The notes beneath the pieces are model-generated. The model worked only from the letters and a program-made list of their open reading frames with translations. It was not told where the DNA came from and made no database searches. Shown piece after piece: positions 47,601-58,978 of a stretch of 64,000 nt of DNA. Both the position numbers and the translations under genes were made by a program. Source of the DNA: Amoebophrya sp. A120 (taxonomy: Eukaryota; Protista; Dinoflagellata); assembly GCA_905178155.1 (NCBI GenBank), contig CAJINV010000007.1, positions 4,304,258-4,368,257 of the forward strand, in the 5' to 3' direction. How positions within the stretch are numbered: the stretch's first letter is position 1; each line of letters starts with the position of its first letter.

Positions 47601-50600
47601 CGGCGAAGAAATCCTTGCTCGCCGTGCAAAATTCCCTGTTGCAATCTGAGCACTTCATCGCCTTGTAGCCCCAGATATCGGTTTCTCGGCAAAATCTCGA
47701 GTCGTCCGTTTTCTGACAGCGGAGAAGGCATAGTGGCGTGTCGTCGGTGAGGCGCTGGTACGCTTTCCAGGAAGACGTTGGTAGGGCAGTCGGATTAGTG
47801 ATGTTCTGTACTGGGATCCCCGTGGCGGTGAATTGCTGGCTCGCTAGAGTCGAGTTAAAGGCAAGGATGTTCGTTGTTGGTGTTGTCACTGCAGCTGCTG
47901 TTGACGAAGACAGAGATAAAGAAGCTTTTGCGAAGCTGTGGTCTTGGTCGTCTAACAGGAGCATGGACCGGGAAGAAGGTGGCGCTGCACCAACAGAACC
48001 GCCAACACCTCCTTCGACGAACTCAAATTCCTCGAAAAACTTGTCCTGACACTTGTAAAACCTCCCCTTGAAGTACGCGCAGCCCCAGAGAGAGAAGACG
48101 AGAAACACGATGCTGCCAACCAGGATTAGATTTCCCAATTCGGGTAGCGATTGCAGCAAGGTGTTCACCACGAGCTTCAGTGACGGATTTCTCGACACCA
48201 ACCGCAACGGCCTCAGCGCCCGAAACACGCGCAGGGTCCGCAGTCCGCCCATACTCGTGTTGTCCGGCGCCAGCAAGTCGATCCAACCGACAACAACGAC
48301 CAAAAAATCCAGCCAGTTCCACCCTGACCGGAAAAACGGGACCCGCGGGTCGTTCTTCCGTTTCTGCTCTCTCAGTAGTTCGTTTCTCTTCTTCTCCCAC
48401 TGCTTTTTATTCTCCTCCTCGATGTCTTTCCTTGATTTCTGCTGCTGATTGTTATTTGCCGCGTTAGTGCTAGACGCTGCCCGTTTTTTGTGCAAAACGA
48501 GTTTCTTTTTGAACTTGTCCGCTGCTCTCAAAGTTGTTTTCGAAACGCCGGTTAGCTTTAATTGTTTCTTCAACTTTTCCGCTTCTTCCCGCCTCCTTTT
48601 CTTTTCCTCGTAGTAGTTCACGCCGCGCACATACCGGTTCAAATGTTTCTTCGGTAAACTTATCCACCCGAACCCCACTCCCTTCAGTAAGCATTCCAGA
48701 GTGAAGACGATGGTGAAAAAAGTCGAGCAATTCTTCAAAAAAACCTGATCGTCCGACTCCGGATCCGCTAAAGGGTTTTGCCACGTCATCAGTGCGCAGG
48801 AAAGCAAGATGCAGATCATGGAGGTCTGCTCGAAAATCGGGTGGAGCAAGAACAGCGTGACACATTCCTGGAACCGGAGTTGCTGCAAGTCCTGAATCCA
48901 GTCGACAAATTTGTTCTTCCGGTTGACGAGAAACCGGACGAAGAAGTTCGAATAGCGTCTGTATGTCTTCCAAGATTCCGACGCGGCCCGTCGGAACATC
49001 TTCGCGGCGTGGTGTGTTGACCCGCGGTTATTTCTCGTGTGGGAAGAAAGCCCGGTGGACAAACTGGACTTACTGATCGGGGACAGATTGCTGTTCTCGC
49101 AGTCCTCCAATAGCTCTCCAAAAACATTCGGCGAGTGGTGTCCAGATGTGGATTGCGGGACGGTTAGGAGGTTACCCTTATTGTTGTTTGTTCCAGATGC
49201 ACCTTTTTGAAAGCTGCTGTTCGTGTTGCTCGGTGAGTTCGTGCCGGAAATATCATTGCTTGCTTTCTTCCCGGTGAATTTCTGACTCAAGCGCGAGAAC
49301 ATCTCCTGCTTCTTTTCCTGCAACACCGCCATGGAAAGGCTGCGCCGAGGCCGACGATTATTTCCCACAGAAGTTCCGGGATAGGAATTGGTCGCGGCAA
49401 TTCCACCTACTAGATTGCCTTGCTCGTTCTCGGAGTTTCCAAACACGAAATCCGGCAGGCTGTTTACGGAATTTGTGTTTTTCACGAAGCTGAGACGGGA
49501 CCACATCTGTGTCCTTCTCGCTTGCTTCGACTCCTTCGATTTCTCCTCTTGTAACCTAGACTGTTCGTTCTGCCGTTCGAAGCTGCACATGAGGATCGCG
49601 AGGAACACGTTCAGGATGACGAAGTTTCCGACACAAACTACCACGCCGAAGTACAGAATCGACCCGATCGGCCCCCGCGATTTCACCGCGTCGTAGAAAA
49701 CCAAATTCCAGTTTTCGCCGGTTAAAACCTGGAAGATCGTGACGCAGGACCAAAGGAACGTGTCGAAGTGCGCCCGGGACTGGCAGTTCTCGAAATCGAA
49801 GTTGGAATTCGATGATATCGCATCTGCACTTGCTGTGGTGGAAGCAGAAGCTGCTCCTGAAGATGATCCGCACAATTGCTCGCAGTGTTCCCGGTTTTTC
49901 AAAAACCTCGCGTGCGGCGTGCACTCAGATAAGAACTGCCCCGACACGGGGTGGAACAAAAAATATGTCGCGTAGAAGTTCTGGCCCGCGAGCGCGAAGA
50001 TGTAGATCATCAACGCGAGTAAAAGCATGAAGTTCCCGATCTGCATCACCGTTCCGTAGATCGACTTTAACAACAGCCGGAACGCTGTGAAGTTTTTCGC
50101 CAGCTTGAAAACGCGCAAGGCACGGAAAGCCGTCATCGCGGACGTGGAGGTGTTGTCCGAGGAAGACTTTGTATTCGCGATTATCAGTTCCAAAATCGAC
50201 GCCAGCAGAATGAACCCGTCGAACGCCGTGATCGCCTGGGTCCAGTACAACCGTGGCCCGATGGCGATGTGGAGCAACAAGGCCTCCACACAGAAAACCG
50301 CGAAGAAAATCATGTTCGTGAGATTCAAAAAATCCACAATTTCCTTCTCCCGCGCCGGGAAGTCGTCGAGGGACAACGTGATTACGTTTGCGACGATGAA
50401 AAACAGGATCACCCATTGAAACGACTCGTGGTCGGTGATTTCGAAAATCTTCTTCTGGATTTTCCCGGTGAAAGTCTGATCCCGCTGGCACAGTTCCGTG
50501 TACCGCCGGTTCAAAACATTTGTGTCGGATTTGTTGGTGTGACTGTTGCCGGAGTTCGAGTTGCCGGAAGTCGTCGAATTGTTGCTGTTGCTAGCGTTTT

Positions 50601-53600
50601 TGTTGAGGCCTATGCTTGACGTGTTCGTTTTACTGGCCACGACTTCCTGGTGTGGGTGCGGTTTCAGACCGCCGCGATTCGACCTGCGCTGTTTGGAATT
50701 CGGCCTGCTATTTGTGCTGTCCTCTTTAGTGTCATCAAGATCATCCGGCGGGGCATCGACTTTGAGCTGGATCTTTTCTCCTGACGCTTTCTGAACACTT
50801 GTTCCATTTGCGGCGCCACTGCCGCTGTGCCCCTGCTCATCCGCAGTCGTAGTCCCCTCGTCCGCGGTTTTGGTCCCCTCATCCGCCGTTTGCGGTCCGG
50901 AAGTCAGCCCAGTCACGCTCGTATCGTCCTGCGGGAGAGCGAGGTTGTTCTCAAACAAAGCTGGAACTTGCTCGCTAGTCCTCGCTATCCCGTCTTCATC
51001 AACTACATAGGGCAGACTCCGTTCGTCAAGCTGCAAGCTGCTCACACTCTGGTTCGTTTGTGGTATTTGTTCTTGACGACCCTCCTGTGCACCACTGTCG
51101 TCCGACTTGTGCGCTCCCTCTTTCAAGGACGCTGTGGCATTCACCGGTGCAGATGATCCTACTGTCGCACCACCTTTACCAGTACTGGTTTTCGCGACCG
51201 TTTTGCTGTTATTGCTCCCTAACTTGTCGTTACTCCCGATGTTCGACCCGCTGTCGCCTGGGTCTTTCATGTCCGCTAACGGATTCGGCACGCCGGTTTT
51301 CTCTTGTTGACTCGAAAACGCGTCGAACACAATCGCCAGGGTGACGTTTAAGATGAAGAACACGCCGAGGACAATTAGTAAAAAGAAGTAAATCCTCGAG
51401 AAATTCTTGTCGTAGCTGTCTTCGTACAAGTACATGATCGACACCCACCCCTCCAGCGTCAAGGACTGAAAAATCGCGAACACCGCACCACCTAGATGGT
51501 TGAAGTGCGTCACGCCGAAGTTGTACGACTCCGTGTTTTCGGTGAAATATTCAAAGTGCTCGACCGGGTTTTTCCTCGCTAGCCCCTCGTACTTCCCAAC
51601 ATTCGGGAACTTCATAAATTTGTGGTCTACCGCAGCTTTCCGGACGCCAGTGTGGAGGAGATCAAGTAAGTCCGGGATTTTCTGAGGATACCCAAAGATT
51701 ACATCCTCCGCCAGCATACTGCCACAAGTGATTTCCCGGTTCTGATCCTGGAGGTGCTGCTGCTGCTGCTGGGATTGGGAAGGTACTGACACGCCACCGC
51801 CACTACTAAAACCGACACTGCCTTGCGGGTACTGGAACAATTTTGTGTAGTGATCGGTGGTGCCCCCTGTCCTGCTTGTGCCTCCGTAGGTGAGGAAGAC
51901 GGTTGTTGCGTCTTGTGTTGACGAAGCACCACCTCCCCCACCAGTACTTGTTGTCGTAGCATTCAGCAACGCCAGCTGTGTTTCATTCACCACCGCAAAT
52001 CCCGGCACGACCGCTCCTTCCTGACTGCACACGCGGCCGCCACAGGTTCCAACGTCGAAGTCTACGTCGTAGTCGTGATTCTGGTCAATTCTGTTCCCCG
52101 CGTCCGCCAAGGGCCAAAAAACGAACATTCGGCCCTCGGTTTTCGTTACGTAGTCGCAATAGGAATTCGGCGGACAGTAGCGGGCCAGGACGGCGGCTTT
52201 GGATAGGAGAACTTCAGTGGAGTTGTTTGTTACCATGCTCGAAGCCGTTGTAGCGAGTGAAGATGTAGTTGTCATTGTGGTTGTTGCGTTAGAAATCCCA
52301 ATCTTCAAGCACTGTTTGATCTCATTTTCAGCGTCATCTTCTTCGCCCGAACCAGAAACCGGATTCGTTGTTGGGTCGTAGTCGCCGAGGGCGAAGGTTT
52401 TTGCTTCTTGAACAAGGACAGCAGAACTTGCTCCAGAAGATGTTGAAGCCGCAGCAGCAACTGCCGCTTTGCTCGACGCTTTCCTGCACTGCTCCACGTT
52501 CCAATCCTGGACAGAAGTTACTAGGTCGGAATCAAAAGCGTATTTCAGAAAATTCAACTGCTGTCCCGTGATGCGGTCGGTGAACTTTCCTGAGGGCGGT
52601 GAAAATGGTGCAACGCCACTGGTACTACTAGTGCTTACTGCTTCCTCCGCGGAGTCGATCAAGTAACTGCGCAGATTTTCGATTACCGTTTGGTCACTGT
52701 GGAAGGGGAATTCGTGGTCTTCCGCGGAGGTCAAGAGCAAATTCTTGCGGCTGAAAATCACGACCGGCTCGTCCGTCGCACGGCAGTGGCGGTGGAGGGT
52801 TCCGCCGTAGAAGTTCAACCCGACAATCCCGAAGATCACGACTAGAAACACAAACAAGCCCGCGACGTTCGCCAACCGCGGGATGGACAACAAGAATGTC
52901 TTGATGATCGCCCGCAGGCCGGTGAGTTTGGAGAAGCCGCGGAGAGGCCGCAAAATCCGGATCGTGCGGATCACCTTTAAGCCCTCGGAGTGGGACTCCC
53001 CGTCGGAATTGCTGTTTTGGGACTGTTGCTGTGCGAAGAAGGAAACCAACCCGGAAACGACGACCAAAAAGTCCAGCCACGACCAGGCATCCCGCAGATA
53101 GCTGGTTTTGTCCAGAATGAACCCAAGCGCGATCACTTTGACCACCATTTCCAGGAAGAAGCAGAGCGTGAAAATGTGCTCTGTGTTTTCCACGAACGTC
53201 GTCGCGAAGCCATTGGGATTCCTGTAGTCAATGAACGCCTGCATGATGGCGTTGACGAGGATCAACGTGAGGATAAACCGTTCAAACCAGACGTTTTTGA
53301 TAATCGACACACATAATCTCCTCGTCGTGCTGTGCTCGGCGAAGATGCACAACGACCGGCGGCAGAGCCCGCGTAGCGTGTAGGTGATGGCGTCGGGCTG
53401 GGGCGGGATGCGACTGCTATCCCCTGGGAGGAAAATGGGCGGCATCAGCCAGTAGTAGTACAAATTGGTCAGCGCTCCTGGGGAGGTAGATGTTGTTGAG
53501 GGCTTTAGTTGCTTGTCATGATTTCTGTAGAAGTTCTGGTCGCCAGTCTTTTTACTTTTCCGAAGTTTTGATAGTAAAGAAGCAGTAGACAGTTTTGGCT

Positions 53601-56600
53601 TCTTAATCTTCGAGAAAAGCCACAGCAACTGCGCCAAGACAAATTTCGCCCAGCTGGCGGGTTTCAATCTGTCCATGCCCCGGCTCCTGCGCCGCTCCTT
53701 CGCAATCGCCTCGAGGAGCTCCTCCCGCTTTTCGATACAGGACAGCGGCGACCCCGCAAAGTTGTGGCTGTTTGTGCCATTGTTTTCCTCCTCTACCGTG
53801 GTTGCCATACTCTCCGTGGACGCGGATTTCATTGAGGCATAACTGTTGTGTTTCTCCGCACCACCTGCTTCCGTTTCTCCACCATGACGACCTGCGGCGA
53901 AGGCGGCCTCGTCCGCACGCCCGTCGCCCCGAGCAGCTACAAGATCCGAGTTCATTACGGCCGGACTGGACATGCTGCTTTTGTTTTTATTCGTCGTGTT
54001 ATTCGACGTCGCGGTTGTCGGCGAGACAGTGTTTGCGTTTTGAGCAGTATTATCGCCGGTGCTTTTGTTTTTCTCCTGTTCTAACTTCTCCATCGAGGAG
54101 TTGTGAATGGAGAAGAGCAAGCGGTTATTTTTCGCCAACTCCGCACTCAATTCCTTTTCCAAACACTGCCGGCAATGGACCACGGCTAAGCCGTCGTACG
54201 CCAAATTCGCGAAGGATTTCTGCAAATCCTTCCTTTTCGTCTCTAAATCCTTCGTCGCTAAATAAATGGCTTCGCGAAGCTGGTACAGTTGCTCCAAATC
54301 GCTGTGGAGTGCGTCCATCTCCTGTTCGGTGTCTTGGCGGAGCAGTTTTTTCTTTTTGTTGTTTCTCCGCTTCGACAACGCGAGGTCGACGGTGGTGCTG
54401 TGCTTTGCGAGTGCCTCTGCTTCGGAGTTGTTGCTTTGCGGCGCGTGGTCGTCAGCAAGTGGAATTCGGTTATTCATGACGCTGTGCGAAAACCCACCTG
54501 CCGCTTGCTCCACTACATCCGCGAAATTCGTGAGTGGAGGCTGCGGTGGCTGCTGCTTCGCAACAATCGGGTCCGGGTTGTTGTTCCCAGCGCTGTTTCT
54601 TGTTCCTTCTACAGTAGAAAGCGGCACTGGTTGGTCGCCACCAGCCATCGCAGTTCCTTCCGCGAGCGGCCCCAGGAGGTTCATGCCCTGAAATATCGCT
54701 GGTGGCGACCCCAAGACCGCGATGGACGGACTCACCAGCGTATCATCGATTTCCGAAATCCGCTGGATATCGGACTCGTTGTTGGATGGCCTTTGCGGGA
54801 GCTGCTGGTCGGCGGGGATCTTTGGATTTTCTTTTTGGTCTGCTCCTGCTGCTTGCTCAAGAACCGCGGCTTGTACGATGCTGACCGACTGTTGATCCGC
54901 GTCTGTTTCGGTAAGCGTTTCGTCTAGAAGTGGCCCCTTTGGACTGCTTTTGTGCTTCCCCTCCAGGTTGTGTGGCTGCTGGTTTTGCGATTTTTCCTGG
55001 TCGACGTCAATAGCAAGAACTTCGTGCTGTTTCGTGCTAATAGTATCCGCGCCACCAGCAGCAACATTCTCATTCAGAGCAGCGACTCTCTGCGAACTGG
55101 TCGAAGACGAGGAGGCACTCATGCCGGAGAGCTTCTTCGACGTTGTGGAAGCCGCGACTACACTGGCCGTGCTCAGCGCCATACCCCCTACACCCGGATG
55201 TTGAATCGCGGCCGGATTGCTGCTAGTTGAAGTACTTATGTTGTTCACAGCTCCTGCCCCCACCAACTTCTCTGGGTGGATGATCTGGCCCTGCTGGTGA
55301 TTTTCGGTTTTTAACCTCCGTACCAGCTGTCGCAACTTTTGGCCCGTGCCGACGATGGCGTGCGACTTGGTTTGCTCGGCGAGCGACCGCAAAGTGTGCT
55401 CGCTCGTCGTGGAGGCACCGGACGGGGAGCCGGCTGCATACCGGAATTTATTGTTGTTGCTGGACTTCGAGACTGTCGGGCTGGCGGACGGGGTTATGAT
55501 GACTCCGGGTTGGTGGAGGGGTTTTATTTGACCATGCTGGTTCCCCGTCTCTTGGTCTTCCACACCCGTTCCCGTGGAGGATGCGACGCTGTTGAGCTTG
55601 TTCTGCGTTAACGAGGTCGAGGATTTTGTACTGTTGCGCCGCACCACTCCTGAGCCGCTGTTCCTCCGCGAATCTGGAGGATTAGCAGTATTACCAGCCT
55701 GCTGCTGCTGCTGTTCGCGAATTTGGTTCAGCGTCGGTTGCCGCTTTCGGCTGTAGCTGACGAAGCGGCCCATTCCGAAAAACATCGGCCGCTGCAGGAG
55801 AAGTTGGACGGACGAAGGGACAAGTTTCGCCGGGAACCTGGACAGGGAACGCTGCTTCGTGACAACCGGCTTAATATTGCTCGATTCGCCGGATTTGTCT
55901 CCTGTCGCTTCTGGCGGAACACTTTCATCCATGTTCTCTTCTTCATCTCGGTCCCGTATCCTTGTTGCGCTTTTCCTTCCACCGTCATTCCCCGCGGGCG
56001 CAGCGCATGTCGAAGAGTCGGGTATTGGAAGAAGTTCTGCACTGATATTATCCCCCTGCTCGTCTCTCTTTTTATCCTCCAACTCCAGCAAACTCTCGTC
56101 CCCAGCAACAGCACCAACACCCCCGCACTCCTTGCTTCCAGTTTCCTCGTCCGCTCTTGAAGCTGTTTCGGAACTGCTACCTCCGCTGTCCTCCTGGTCT
56201 TGCATGCACTCGTGAAAGTTGCTGCCGATGATCGCCACGGGCAATGCGATCAGAAAAATGCCCGTCACCATGCTCAACCAGCCGACCATGCGACCCGGGA
56301 CCGACTGCGGCACCACATCCCCGTACCCGACCGTAGTCATGGTGACGATCGTCCACCAGAACGCGCGTAAAATACTCGGAAAGCGGACCGCGTATAAAGG
56401 TTGTAAAATGCGGATTTCCGTGTACAAACTGTCCAAATAATGCGGCTTTCCTTTCCGCTTCAAATACTCCTGGCGCTGTTTGTAGAAGGAAAAATCGCAC
56501 AGAGGGGAATTCGGGTCGTTGCAGCTATACCGACAGCACATGGACCAGGGTTTCCCGATTGTGTCGACCACGTGCTGGCTTTGCGGACTTGGACTTCCCG

Positions 56601-57741
56601 CGGACGCCGCCGTCACCTGCATCTCGCTGACGATCCCGCCCGACAAACCGTTCGTCTCCAGACATTGGCTGGTGTAGAGACGAAAGCGGTCCACATCTTG
56701 TGTGACGGAGAAGGTCGGACACTCGAAAAGTTCCGCGTAGAAGACGAGCGAGCCGAACAAAACCATCCCCAACCCGACAAAGAACAGCAGGATTTGGAGC
56801 GCCGGGAGGGAGTTCAGCAGGGTTTGGGCCAGCACGCGGAACCCGGTGTTGTATTTGGAGAGGCGGAAGAGTCGGAAAATTCGGAATAGCCGGGCGACGC
56901 GAAGGATGCGGAGAACGGAGGTCCCGGAACTGGAGGAGTTGCGGTTATGCAGGAAAAGGGTAAAGAAGAGCGGGAGAATCGCGAGCAAATCGGCAATGTT
57001 CAGCGGTCTGAGGAACATCCACTTCAGACGGTAGGTGACAGAGGAGAGAAGGGAGTGGAGAGCGAGGCTGGACCTAGCTCTGCTCTGGCTAGTGCTTTTC
57101 GCAACGCTGCTCAATTCTTGCGAATGAGGTCGAATCGCATCGATTTCATCTTCTTCATCCGTAACCACGAGGTCGGGTGAATCTCCCCCTGCTGAATCCC
57201 CAGAAGACACGACTCTCGCATCACCATGCGCGGATGTTGCCGCGGTGTTTCGGTGCACTTCTTCGGACTTCGTCGCATCATCCAGTTCGGCCGTACATGC
57301 AAACAATCTTCCACAGTATTCCAGCACAAAGCCCGTCGTAGTGACGACTTCCAACACCAGAAAAAATGTCCGGTATTGATACAATGTCGGGTCGGTTTCG
57401 AGCACGAACCCGAGAATGGACGCGATGATCAGGCCTAGCATCAAAATCGAGATGCGCCGGGCGGCCGCAGAACTGTGCGGCTGCTCGAGCAACTCGTAGA
57501 CATGAATTTGGAGCCGGTGGAAAAGGGGCTTTTCGTTGTGTTGAGCGGATCCCTGCTTGGGCGCTGCCGCGGGTGCAGCTGGTATCAGCATGCTTGCAGA
57601 GGAAGTTCTTGGCACTTTATCGTCCTGTACGCCGGCGGCCTGGGGGTGTGAGAGCATGTTCACGTCGACGGAGTCACTCTCGCCGTACTGGTGGGCCTCG
57701 GGTGCGCTTTCCAGGGCTCTAACGCTATCCGGCGTTGCCAT
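44697..57741 (-). CDS. Giant ion channel: N-terminal 6-TM voltage-gated K+ channel module fused to a four-repeat voltage-gated Ca2+ channel alpha-1 subunit (~4302 aa). Exons 57741-46363, 46226-44697
   Basis: Kv S4 LRILRVARLFRIFRLFRLSKY and pore AFWWTIVTMTTVGYGDVVP. Four further S1-S6 repeats with pores TLEGW, TGENW, TTESW, TGEAW. EF-hand-like WKQYDPNCTCYL and IQ-like ASKVQRHYR. One GT-AG intron (46227-46362). Confidence 0.9.
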
Positions 57742-58978
57742 TTTTGTGAAACTTTCTCCGGTCGTCGTGTGTGGTCTTGTTGATGACAACTTCCACGAAC
57801 CCGCGTCCTCCAGAGTCCGTTCGATTTCGTTACGACCTCACAGAAAAAGGTCGCGATACTTTCGCGCTTGCAGCAGGGTTATGCGGCGCTAGGGTACCAC
57901 TACTACCCGGAGCTGCTCCTGCTCCTGTTGAGCTACAATCCGCCAGGGCCGCCGGACTCGCTTTCGTTGCAGCAGCTTCACTTCTCTTCCTTCTTGGCGC
58001 GTGATCTACGACTGCTGCCTTTGAAAGGAGCCTCCACCTCGCCATTCGTTGCAAGTACGGAACACAAGAATGATAATGAACCTGAGAATCCGCAACGCCA
58101 GCGCCTCAGCCCCGCGGGAGGGTAGAAATGCAGCTGTCCTTGTCCTTCTCACCCGGCTCTTCTTAAAAATAGGAAAGGCAGCGCGTCGGAGTCTTTAATA
58201 GCGCATCGCATCTTCGATACTGCTTTGCCCAGCCGCACAATGTGTGACGCAGTTCGTTGTATTGCTGCGGCCCGCTCAAACATAGAAGATCTCTGATGCG
58301 CAACACGACCCTGTTTTTAACATTCAAATTAGCTGCCTCTGTGTGCTGGCTTTACCAGCCGGCGGGGCAGCGAAAACCTTTCTCTCCCTCTCGCAAGTGC
58401 GGAGATCAAAACAAAAGCCCTCTCTCTGCAGCTTCGCGCAACAATTTTCAATTTCACCAACTCAGATCATGAAGCTGAATAAATCAGTTGAGGTTCTTGA
58501 CTCGACTCTCCTCTCTGGACATGCAAGAAAGGATGAAGAGATGGCAAACGTTGAAAGACCGCCATGAACAAGACTCTCCTAGAACGCATCTCTCATCTGG
58601 AGTTTTCCCTACAAGCACGGTAGGCCGGGGTTACGGTAAGATGACGACCAGCCCCTAGCTGCACAAGTGGCTAGCAACCATTTTGCAAAAAACACAAACT
58701 GGTACAAACAAGGTAAACCCCCAGGCAGTTCAAAACAGGAACTTCCACATGCTCACCACAAGCCGGGCGGTGCCTATAGCTGATCGTCCAATTATCTGAA
58801 AATTTCTTGCATCAATGTCGTGCAAAGTGCACTTTGTCTGATACGGATACGGTAGCAGAAAATATCCTCATTCAGTCGCCTTGTTGATAGCATGATGTTA
58901 TTCGCCGAGTTTGCACTACACCAAAATAATGCTGATGCCAGTGGCGAATCTTCAGCATCAAAACCCGCGTCATTCTCG

